Source of the DNA: Gemmata obscuriglobus
GTDB taxonomy: Bacteria > Planctomycetota > Planctomycetia > Gemmatales > Gemmataceae
Direction: 5' to 3'
Length of the DNA stretch: 32,000 nt
Assembly: GCF_008065095.1 (NCBI RefSeq)
Contig: NZ_CP042911.1
Coordinates: 1,530,001 to 1,562,000 of the forward strand
Position numbers and translations under genes: made by a program. This document shows, piece after piece, positions 1 to 7,338 of the stretch. Numbering within the stretch: position 1 is the stretch's first letter; each line of letters starts with the position of its first letter. The notes beneath the pieces are model-generated. The model was not told the origin of the DNA, searched no databases, and worked only from the letters and a program-made list of their open reading frames with translations.

Positions 1-633
1 GCTGCGGTGCTCCCCGGTGTGCGCGAACTGCGGCTGACACGGGGCGGCGCATCGCACCGACTCGACGCGGCCCTCGACACCGCTGCGCGAGACGGATGGG
101 CGCACGTGGAGCTACCGCGCGGGGCGGTGCTTCAGGCGGACCCGGAAGCCGTCACCCTGATTGCGGACCTTGTGGAGCGCCTGTTCGAGCGCGGCCCGCG
201 GACCCGGTGCGAACGGCAGACGGTTCTAAGTGCCCTCGCGCCGAAGCAGGTTGCGGTCGGGGTCAGTCACAACGACCAGAAGGACCACCTGCGCGCCGCG
301 CTGGACGCACGCGGGCTCTCCGCGGTGACCGTCGAGACCGCGAACAAGTTGCAAGGGCTGGAGTTCGAGGTCACGTTCGTCTGGCACCCACTGTCCGGGT
401 TACCCGAGGCGGACGAGTTCCACCTGGACCCGGGGCGGATGTGCGTGCTGCTGACCCGGCACCGGCACGCGTGCGTGGTGGTCGGCCGGGCGGGCGACCG
501 CGAGCTGGTGGACGATTGCCCGCCGCCCCCGACCGCCGCGTACCTGGGGCACGACCCGGACCCGGTCCTCGACGGCTGGGAGGTTCACCGCGAGGTGTTC
601 GCGGCGCTCGAGCCGTGGCGTGTGAGTGCATAG
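1..633 (+). CDS. Superfamily-1 helicase (Upf1/DNA2-like, AAA_12-type C-terminal RecA domain), 3' fragment; the 5' end lies outside the window
   Basis: The frame is open from base 1 to TAG at 631-633. The translation carries SF1 motif V/VI-like strings 'VTVETANKLQGLEFEVTFVW' and 'GRMCVLLTRHRHACVVVG'. The frame is GC3-rich. Confidence 0.75.
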   Translation, partial: AAVLPGVRELRLTRGGASHRLDAALDTAARDGWAHVELPRGAVLQADPEAVTLIADLVERLFERGPRTRCERQTVLSALAPKQVAVGVSHNDQKDHLRAALDARGLSAVTVETANKLQGLEFEVTFVWHPLSGLPEADEFHLDPGRMCVLLTRHRHACVVVGRAGDRELVDDCPPPPTAAYLGHDPDPVLDGWEVHREVFAALEPWRVSA

Positions 634-689
634 CGCCCGGTACGGGTCGCCTGGTCCGAACGGAGTACGCGTGATGCTTCTGTCACAGC

Positions 690-760
690 AGATGCTGTAA
701 AACTAAAACTGGGAAGTATGTAATGCCTATTCGCCGCTGTCCGTCAGATACTGTGACGGC
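690..760 (+). promoter_or_regulatory. Low-GC island in the 343-bp spacer upstream of the sigma-like gene; possible promoter/operator region
   Basis: A locally AT-rich stretch (ctgtaaaactaaaactgggaagtatgtaatgcc) sits in an otherwise GC-rich window. It has a TGTAAT -10-like hexamer at 719-724 and a small hairpin ccgtca-N7-tgacgg at 741-759. No consensus -35 is visible. Confidence 0.2.
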
Positions 761-976
761 CGGCAGCAGGGCCAACGAAACTAGCCGCCACAAAGGCGGT
801 CTAGCGGCGTCCGGTTCTGACCGCCTGCAGCGTCTCGCTTAGTCGAGGCCTTATTCGCAACGTGGCGGTGGCATGAAAGAAGACGAAACACAACGGGGGG
901 AGTGACCCGCGCGCGTCCGGCGTCCGCGGAAGCTCGAGCCGCCCGAAGTCCCGGCGAGAGGAGCCACGCGAGCGCC

Positions 977-1708
977 ATGCCCCACCCGATTGCCCCACAA
1001 CCACTGCCGGACGACCATGACGGTTGGGCCGAATTGGCAGCCGACGCAAGAGCCCCAGAGAAGAACCGGCGCGGGGCATTCGAGCGGCTCACCACATGCA
1101 TCGAAGGCGTCGCGCGCCGGGTGTCGGTCCGATTCGCAGGGCGGCGAGAGGACTTCTGTGCCGGGGTGTTGGGGGACGTCTGGGAGGTCATCGGCCGCTT
1201 CCCTGCGGGCGCCAACTTCGAGGCCTGGTGTTATATCGTGCTCCACAACCGTTGGACCGACTTGACGCGGTGGGAACAGTGCCGGGAGAGCCAGAGTTTA
1301 CTCGGACATCCGGAGCCGTCCGCCCCGGACATCCGCGCCGCGTTGGAGCGGGGACTCGATTCCGCGGCGATCTTCGGCGACGACGACCTCCGCGAGATCC
1401 GCGCATGGCCGCTGCGGGACCGCGTCGTCCTGCTCTGCCTCGCGTCCCTTTGGAGGAAAGTCCCTGACGACGAGTGGCAAGGCTGGGTGCGCGACCACCG
1501 CGCCGCCCACGGCACGCCGGCGTCTGACCCGTTCCCACCCGACTCCCTCGACCGGGGTAACGGAATCGCGGACCAGAATGCGCTGTTGGCCCGGGAACTC
1601 GACCTGCGGCGCAACACTCTTTCTGTGATCCTTCACCGCGGCAAGGTCCGTCTTGGGGTGCTCCGCTACGTGCGAGACCTGATGGGACCGGACGGGGGGC
1701 GACCGTGA
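977..1708 (+). CDS. Divergent ECF-type sigma-70 family protein (region 2 + region 4, with an insertion inside region 4)
   Basis: Region-2-like 'REDFCAGVLGDVWEVIGRFPAGANFEAWCYIVLHNRWTDLTRW' resembles AEDlxQexxxxxW....FxaWLxxIaxNxxxDxxR. Region-4-like 'WPLRDRVVLLCL...' and 'NALLARELDLRRNTLSVILHRGKVRLGVL' are also present. ATG at 977; the ORF-track start at 902 is an alternative. The stop overlaps the next gene's start (GTGA). Confidence 0.6.
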   Translation: MPHPIAPQPLPDDHDGWAELAADARAPEKNRRGAFERLTTCIEGVARRVSVRFAGRREDFCAGVLGDVWEVIGRFPAGANFEAWCYIVLHNRWTDLTRWEQCRESQSLLGHPEPSAPDIRAALERGLDSAAIFGDDDLREIRAWPLRDRVVLLCLASLWRKVPDDEWQGWVRDHRAAHGTPASDPFPPDSLDRGNGIADQNALLARELDLRRNTLSVILHRGKVRLGVLRYVRDLMGPDGGRP

Positions 1709-2418
1709 CAACGTGGACCAACGTACCCGACCCGCGCGACGACGCGGCCCCCTGCGCCGGCCCGTGCGCGGTGCAGGTCGAGGAGCACCGGTGGCGGCAC
1801 ATAACTGAGGAGCACGTGTCGAACGTGCGGGAGCCGTGGGACGAATGGCTTACCCCGGCGTTGGCGGATGGGCTCCGCGCGGCGTGGGCACCGGGTTCGA
1901 CCGAGGAGGGGCGGCGGGCGTGCATCGCCCGGGTGGCAGAAATGGTCGAGCGGGATTTGCGGCGGTGCCTCACCGCGCCACTCGCAGTCCTCTACGACGA
2001 TTTTCAGATATCTGCAGCTGGCCGGCCGAGTCGCGGCCAGGAGACATGGGCGCTCGTCCTCCCCTCGGGCGCGATGTTGGTCGTCCGGTCGCGGCCGGCC
2101 GGAGGGGCCGTCGTCAGCTGTTACTTTAAGGGGGCGGCCTGTCGGGCGACCGACCCGGCGGACAGGTGGAGACGGACCGCGGAGTACGTCTTGATGACAT
2201 ACGCCAAACTCAACCTGGACGGGACCTTTTCGGCCCCGGACCTGACTGAATTCGTGCAAGGGAAGGCCGGGCTGCGGACCCGAATTCGATTCCGGACCGC
2301 CTCGACCTGGGCGCTCGACGCCGCCGGACGGCGCCCCTGGGACGTGCTGCCCGACGACTGGGCGGCTGGCGGCGCGGGCGACCCGACCACGACACTGCGT
2401 CCGCGGCGGACGTATTAG
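1705..2418 (+). CDS. Hypothetical protein (237 aa), translationally coupled to the sigma-like gene
   Basis: GTG start at 1705 overlaps the upstream TGA (gtGA, 4-nt overlap). The stop TAG at 2416-2418 lies 2 nt before the helicase ATG. The frame is GC3-rich. I recognise no family; note 'EEHRWRHITEEH' near the N-terminus and 'AVVSCYF' mid-protein. Confidence 0.6.
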   Translation: MTTWTNVPDPRDDAAPCAGPCAVQVEEHRWRHITEEHVSNVREPWDEWLTPALADGLRAAWAPGSTEEGRRACIARVAEMVERDLRRCLTAPLAVLYDDFQISAAGRPSRGQETWALVLPSGAMLVVRSRPAGGAVVSCYFKGAACRATDPADRWRRTAEYVLMTYAKLNLDGTFSAPDLTEFVQGKAGLRTRIRFRTASTWALDAAGRRPWDVLPDDWAAGGAGDPTTTLRPRRTY

Positions 2419-2420
2419 GG

Positions 2421-5400
2421 ATGACAGACATGAATCCGATTCCCCCGCCGGAGCACGGCAACGACCCGCTCGGGTGGCGCGAGCAGTTCCGGCGGGCGCT
2501 GGCGCACCCGAAACTCGCCGACCTTGGCGGTGAGCCAGACGACGAAGCCCTTCGGGCCGCGTACCAGTTGGCCTCCGCGCTCGGGCACTGCCGGCTTTAC
2601 GGCGTCGACCTTGGGGCGACCGACGGCACGCTGCCGCCTGACATTGCGGTGGCCGCTGCCCGCCGGTGGGACCGCTTGCTCGGGGAGTGGACGCTGAAGG
2701 TCACCCGGTTGGAGGAGGTCTGGGCGGGATCAGGTGAAGAATTCGTTGCTCTCGACGCCTCCGCCGACCTCCTCGGCGCGCGGATGGAATCCTGGGCCGT
2801 GTTCCTCGCGATCGACGAAGCGTACCAGGACGCGGTCGAGCACGCTGTCCCGCGGCGTCACCTGAAATCGCTCCTCGATTCGGCCCTGAACGCGTTGGAC
2901 CGCTTCGACGCCGCGCTCCAAGAGGCCGCGGACTACCTTACGCCGGTAGCCGGCACCCAGCTCCTCGTGAACTGGCGGGCCGTCGTCTCGCGCGAATACC
3001 GCGCCACCCCGCCGTGGTGGCTCAGCGGCGAACTGGAAGAACTGTTCGAGCGGATCCAAACAGACGCGCACGGATGGCTCCCCCAGCCCCGCCAACGGAA
3101 CACAATTATGAAGCCTCCGGCTAATGGTGCGATCGGGACGGTGAAGAAGTTGCTCGCCGCGGCCGAGGGCCTGCGGGTCGGCTACGACTCGTCCGTGAGC
3201 GCGACCGACGGCGTGTTCGAGCCGGTGCCGGCGGACCTCCGGCCGGAACTCGCGGCGTACCTCGCGCGCCAATACCCGCACGGGCTGTTCCGCCACCAGC
3301 GGAGGGCCGTCCAGGGGCTCCTCAAGGGGGCGCACACGGTCGTCGCTACCCGAACCTCGTCGGGTAAGTCCCTCATCTACTCTGTCCCGGTTCTCAACCG
3401 CCTGTTGACCGACCCGAGCGCCACCGCGCTCTTCCTGTTCCCCCAGAAGGCGCTCGCCAACGACCAGTTGCAGCGGCTGATCGAGGCGGCGGACAGTGTC
3501 CCCACACTCGCCCGGATGCGGGCGGCCAAGCCGTGGCTGATCTCCCGCTACGACGGGGCGACCCCGGACGACGACAAGCCGGCCATCCGAAACGAGGCGC
3601 AGGTGCTGTTGACCAACCCGGACATGCTCCACTACGGCCTGCTGGCGTGGCACGAGCGGCACTGGCAGCGCTTCTTTACCAACCTGAGGTACGTAGTGGC
3701 GGACGAGTGCCACGAGTACCGCGGCATCTTCGGCACCAACGTCAGCTACCTGTTCCGCCGGCTCCGCGCGCTCTGCGCGCGCTACGGCTCGTCGCCGACG
3801 TTCATCGCCACGTCGGCGACCGTGCAGTCGCCCTCCGAGCACATGGAGCGGCTGACCGGGCTGCCGTTCGACTGCGTCGGACCCTCAGAGGACGGGAGCC
3901 AGCAGGGCGAGCGGAAGTTCTGGATGGTCCGCTCGGAGGAACACCCCTACGACGCGGGCCGGAAACTCACGCTCGCCCTGGCGGAATCGGGCTTGACAGT
4001 CCTGACCTTCTGTATGAGCCGGACCGCGGCGGAACGAATGATGGCTCGGTCGGGCAAGGACAACAAGGACCCCGAACCGCCGTTTGTCCGAGTCTACCGC
4101 GCCGGGCTGACCCGCTCCGAGCGCGAGGAGATCGAACAGGGGCTGAAGAACCGCACCGTTCGAGCTGTCTTCTCGACCAGTGCCCTGGAGCTTGGGATCG
4201 ACATCGGCGCGATCGATGTGGTCGTTTGTGTCGGTCTGCCGAACACGATGATGAGCCTCTGGCAGCGCGCGGGGCGGGCGGGCCGAGCGGGCAAACAGGG
4301 CGCGGTCGTTCTCATCCCGGGGCAAACGCCGATCGACACGTACTACGCCGACCACCCCGAGGACCTGTTCGCCCGGGACCACGAGCCGCTCGTGCTCAAC
4401 CTGGCCAACCGCTCGGTCACGCACATGCACTACGCCTGTGCGATGAAAGAGGCCGGCGACGAGAGCCGGCTCGACACCGCGACCCTGGGGCCGGAGATCG
4501 CCGCGGTGAAGAAGCAGCGGGACGCCGGCGACCTCCAGGAGGACATCTTCTACGTTAGCGACCCCCACCAGCGCGTTCGCGTCCGCGGGGCCGGGGACGA
4601 GGCCTACCGGCTCATGCTGGACAAGGAAGAAATCGGGGAGATCGACCCGTTCCACCTGCTCCACGAGGCCCCGCGGAACGGCATCTACTACCACGGCGGC
4701 CGGCGATACCGGGTCCAGGACGTTCAGCAGAAGGAGCGGATCGTCCGCCTCAAGCCGGAGTTCAGCCCGCACGTCACGACCTCTAACATCGGCACCCGCA
4801 TCCGGGTCCGCCGGGCGTCCGCCGTCCGCAAGCACGGCCAGGTGATCGTCGCGCGGGCGGTCCTGGACGTCAATGACTACCTGCGGAACGTGACCGAGAA
4901 GCACCTCAACGGCACGAAGGTCCGCGAGTACCCCGGCGCCGGGATGCCGAACAACTGGCTTCCGACGGAAGGGACCATGCTCCGGCTGGAGCGGCCCTTC
5001 TGGGACGAGGTGACGGCGCGCCTGGGCGACGGTGCGGCTAAGGCCGCGCTGGACACCACCGCGCGCCTCTTCGGAAGTCTGTTCCCGACGGTGACCGGCC
5101 CGTGCGACGCCTCGGATTATTCGGCCACCGCCGACTGCCCGAAGGACGCGCCCCCGGCGGTGTACCTCTACGACATGGTTCCGTACGGCGTGGGGCTGGC
5201 CGTCGAGGCGTGCGACCGCATGAGCGACCTCGTGGACCGTTCCGCCGAACTGGTGCGCGGTTGCGAGTGCGGGTCCGACGAGGGCTGCTTCCGGTGCGTG
5301 CGCAACCCCCAAGCGGAGATCGCGGCGAGCAAGTTGGCAACGCAAGCCCTGTTGGAGATGCTCCGGCGCGAGTTGGCGACCCCGCCCGTCGAGTCCGAGC

Positions 5401-5516
5401 CCGCCACCGAAGAGTCACGCGCCGCGACGGGCAAGAGTTGTCCGAAGTGCAACTACCCGACCACCCACCAAGCCAAGTTCTGCAGCAACTGCGGGCACAA
5501 GCTGGAAACCACCTGA
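2421..5516 (+). CDS. SF2 DEAD/DEAH-box helicase fused to a MrfA/DUF1998-type Cys4 zinc module, with an unknown ~280-aa N-terminal domain and an extra C-terminal zinc ribbon
   Basis: Motif I 'ATRTSSGKS' (aa 309-317), Ia 'FLFPQKALANDQ', II 'VADECHEYRG' (DECH, nt 3702-3713), III 'TSAT', V 'STSALELGIDIG', VI 'WQRAGRAGRAG'. DUF1998-like 'YLYDMVPYGVGLA...GCECGSDEGCFRCV' (Cys cluster nt 5262-5297). Terminal 'CPKCNYPTTHQAKFCSNCGHKL' (nt 5439-5492). Confidence 0.9.
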   Translation: MTDMNPIPPPEHGNDPLGWREQFRRALAHPKLADLGGEPDDEALRAAYQLASALGHCRLYGVDLGATDGTLPPDIAVAAARRWDRLLGEWTLKVTRLEEVWAGSGEEFVALDASADLLGARMESWAVFLAIDEAYQDAVEHAVPRRHLKSLLDSALNALDRFDAALQEAADYLTPVAGTQLLVNWRAVVSREYRATPPWWLSGELEELFERIQTDAHGWLPQPRQRNTIMKPPANGAIGTVKKLLAAAEGLRVGYDSSVSATDGVFEPVPADLRPELAAYLARQYPHGLFRHQRRAVQGLLKGAHTVVATRTSSGKSLIYSVPVLNRLLTDPSATALFLFPQKALANDQLQRLIEAADSVPTLARMRAAKPWLISRYDGATPDDDKPAIRNEAQVLLTNPDMLHYGLLAWHERHWQRFFTNLRYVVADECHEYRGIFGTNVSYLFRRLRALCARYGSSPTFIATSATVQSPSEHMERLTGLPFDCVGPSEDGSQQGERKFWMVRSEEHPYDAGRKLTLALAESGLTVLTFCMSRTAAERMMARSGKDNKDPEPPFVRVYRAGLTRSEREEIEQGLKNRTVRAVFSTSALELGIDIGAIDVVVCVGLPNTMMSLWQRAGRAGRAGKQGAVVLIPGQTPIDTYYADHPEDLFARDHEPLVLNLANRSVTHMHYACAMKEAGDESRLDTATLGPEIAAVKKQRDAGDLQEDIFYVSDPHQRVRVRGAGDEAYRLMLDKEEIGEIDPFHLLHEAPRNGIYYHGGRRYRVQDVQQKERIVRLKPEFSPHVTTSNIGTRIRVRRASAVRKHGQVIVARAVLDVNDYLRNVTEKHLNGTKVREYPGAGMPNNWLPTEGTMLRLERPFWDEVTARLGDGAAKAALDTTARLFGSLFPTVTGPCDASDYSATADCPKDAPPAVYLYDMVPYGVGLAVEACDRMSDLVDRSAELVRGCECGSDEGCFRCVRNPQAEIAASKLATQALLEMLRRELATPPVESEPATEESRAATGKSCPKCNYPTTHQAKFCSNCGHKLETT

Positions 5517-6217
5517 TGACCACCGTCACGCCCATGCCCAGCCTTACCGCTGTGTACCCGACCGCGCACGTTCGGGGCCGCCTGAGCACCCGTCTGGAGG
5601 AACAGACGCTGGGGTGGGCGACCCTCGACGCCGCAACGGTATTGGAGATGGGGCGCGAACAGGTCGGCTGGTTCGTGGGCGGCCACCCGGGTGTCGTGCG
5701 GGCCGCCGAACAACTGGGCCGCCTCGACTCGAACCCCGCCGGCGGGGTTTGGATCGTTGCGCCGCACAGCCGCGACCTCGCGCGGGATTTGTTTACGAAG
5801 TGGCCGCACCAGGCCTACGTGACCCAGCGCCCGCAGGGCGCGAGTTCGGTCTGGTGCTCCCGAAAAGTGTGGGTCGCCATCCCCGAGGAACTGGACCAGC
5901 TGCTCCCCCGAGCTCCTCAGGCGGAAGCCGGCGTGGCCGGTGTCATCGTCCTAGACCCCCCGTGCATCATTCACAAGTCGCGGGTAGGGACCGACAGCTG
6001 GGGGCACGTTCACCGGAACGACCGCCCGCAGCACGTGGTCGACTTCCGAGCCTCGCTCTTGTCCGACGACTGGCAACCGCCGCTGCTACTCGTCACCGAG
6101 CGGCCGGCGAGGGCGGTGGAGACGCAGGCCGTCGCGCGGACGTACTGTCTGAACGCGTTCCGGTTTGTCGCGGGCGACTCGTTCGCGTGCTGGGAGATCC
6201 CAGTAGTTTGCGAGTGA
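5516..6217 (+). CDS. Hypothetical protein (233 aa), translationally coupled to the helicase
   Basis: ATG at 5516 overlaps the helicase stop (cTGATGa; ATGA overlap). It is in frame with the tail of track ORF 5102..6217, and the frame is GC3-rich from 5516 on. No recognisable family. Confidence 0.65.
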   Translation: MTTVTPMPSLTAVYPTAHVRGRLSTRLEEQTLGWATLDAATVLEMGREQVGWFVGGHPGVVRAAEQLGRLDSNPAGGVWIVAPHSRDLARDLFTKWPHQAYVTQRPQGASSVWCSRKVWVAIPEELDQLLPRAPQAEAGVAGVIVLDPPCIIHKSRVGTDSWGHVHRNDRPQHVVDFRASLLSDDWQPPLLLVTERPARAVETQAVARTYCLNAFRFVAGDSFACWEIPVVCE

Positions 6218-6254
6218 CCACCTCACCGAGTTTGTACCCGTGGCACCAGTCTCA

Positions 6255-7142
6255 GTGACTGTCCCATATGTGAGATTTATGCCACCGTGTGGTATTGAAA
6301 CTCGGCGTCGCCCCCTTTCGGCTCAAGCCGGTTGAGCATCAGGTGGATCATGGCCAACTTGACGAACGCCTCCGACGACCGCACCGTCTTCTCCCGGTCC
6401 TTGGACAACCGCCGGCACGTCCCCAGCCAGGCGAACGTCCGCTCCACCGTCCACCGCCGCGGTAACTTCACCCACCCCTTGGCCCCGTCCGGGCGGCGGA
6501 CGATGACCAGCTCCCACCGGGCGTTCGTCTCGACCCACTCGTACAGGGCGTAGTTGTGGTACTTGCGGTCGGCGAACACCCGGCGCACCTTCCCCATCGG
6601 TTGCTCGTCCAGCCGGCCGAACAGTTCGGCCGCCGCCTTGGCATCATCGACGCTCGCGGCCGTCACCAGCACGGCCAGCAGCAACCCCATGGAATCCACG
6701 AGGATGTGCCGCTTCCGCCCGTCCACGTTCTTGGCGTTGTCCCGGCCCCGCTCCTCGCCGCCGGAGGTCGTGTCCACCGACTGGCTATCCACGCTCGCGG
6801 TCGTCCGGGGCGAGTACGGCCTCTCGGCGGTGCGGACCTTTTTGCGGAGAAGGTCATGGATCGTGTCGCGGGTGCCGTTGTGTCGCCACTCGTCGAAGTA
6901 CCGCCCGACCGTGGACTTGGGCGGGAAGTCCTTGGGCCGGTACCGCCACTGGCAACCGGTCCGCAGCACGTAGAAGACCGCGTCGGTGACGTCCCGCAGG
7001 GCGGTGGTGCGGGGACGGCCGCCGGGGTACACGGGGATGTGTGGCTCGATGAGCCCCACTGCTCGTCGGTCACGTCGCTCGGGTAGGATTGGGTTCGCAT
7101 GGACCATTCTACCCACCCAACCGCCACATATGGGACAGTCTC
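6255..7142 (-). mobile_element. IS5-family insertion sequence (IS427/IS1031-like, 888 bp) with terminal inverted repeats and a 3-bp TCA (TNA) target duplication
   Basis: The left end gtGACTGTCCCATATGTG (6255-6272) matches the reverse complement of the right end CACATATGGGACAGTCtc (7125-7142) at 17 of 18 positions. It is flanked by TCA at 6252-6254 and TCA at 7143-7145, within a CTCAG context. Confidence 0.85.
6277..7107 (-). CDS. IS5-family DDE transposase (DUF4096 + DDE_Tnp_1-like)
   Basis: 'ALRDVTDAVFYVLRTGCQWRYRPKDFPPKSTVGRYFDEW', 'SVDSQSV', 'GRKRHILVDSMGLLL', 'VFADRKYH', 'WTVERTFAWL...RRLSKDRE'. The canonical N-terminus 'MRTQSYPSDVTDEQWG' is in another frame (ATG at 7098-7100). It joins 'LIEPHIPV' only with a -1 shift at the C4 run 7054-7057. 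The track start at 7197 lies outside the IS and is rejected. Confidence 0.8.
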   Translation of the reverse strand: MVHANPILPERRDRRAVGLIEPHIPVYPGGRPRTTALRDVTDAVFYVLRTGCQWRYRPKDFPPKSTVGRYFDEWRHNGTRDTIHDLLRKKVRTAERPYSPRTTASVDSQSVDTTSGGEERGRDNAKNVDGRKRHILVDSMGLLLAVLVTAASVDDAKAAAELFGRLDEQPMGKVRRVFADRKYHNYALYEWVETNARWELVIVRRPDGAKGWVKLPRRWTVERTFAWLGTCRRLSKDREKTVRSSEAFVKLAMIHLMLNRLEPKGGDAEFQYHTVA

Positions 7143-7259
7143 TCAGCGGGAGGGTAAGGGCGAACCACACACCGAGGGCGAGCCCATGTTCGAGCAACCC
7201 AACTACTTCGTACTGACCACCGCGATGAGTTGGTGGCCCTTTCCCCCCCCCCGGACCAA

Positions 7260-7276
7260 CTGTACTTTCCGCGAAT
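7260..7276. repeat. Left terminal inverted repeat of the IS701-like element
   Basis: ctgtactttccgcgaat matches the reverse complement of 8722-8738 (attcgcggaaactacag) at 16 of 17 positions. Confidence 0.6.
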
Positions 7277-7338
7277 TTGTAGGCCGGGCGGTGATGGTGG
7301 TACGTTCGGAGTAGACGAATGCCGGCCCGTCCGGGAGG

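Noticed and set aside
2730-5345. Long antisense ORFs (2730..3842, 3885..5345, minus strand) opposite the helicase gene. Similar shadows occur elsewhere: 9663..10964(-), 18722..19741(-), 23770..25068(+), 29708..31036(-), 30669..31937(-) and 30701..31897(+).
   Set aside because: Their translations are Arg/Gly/Pro/Ala-rich low-complexity sequence, typical of off-frame reading in high-GC DNA. Each lies opposite or overlapping a gene with clear family motifs and a GC3-rich frame.
5954-5965. A 'DPPC' string in the 5516..6217 orphan, as a possible N6/N4 DNA methyltransferase motif IV (DPPY).
   Set aside because: No accompanying SAM-binding FxGxG-type motif is visible and the aromatic residue is replaced by Cys. 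Four residues are too little evidence.
1-6217. Assigning the cassette to DISARM, Druantia or MrfAB on the basis of the DUF1998-helicase.
   Set aside because: I could not recognise a methyltransferase, PLD-nuclease (DrmC), SNF2 (DrmD), DruA-D/H-like giant proteins or a DnaQ-like MrfB exonuclease in or next to the cassette. Only the helicase-DUF1998 module is shared. The question stays open pending profile searches.
7107-7197. The track's 306-aa start (7197) for the IS5 transposase.
   Set aside because: It would begin outside the element's right IR (which ends at 7142), and the extra 30 aa are not transposase-like.
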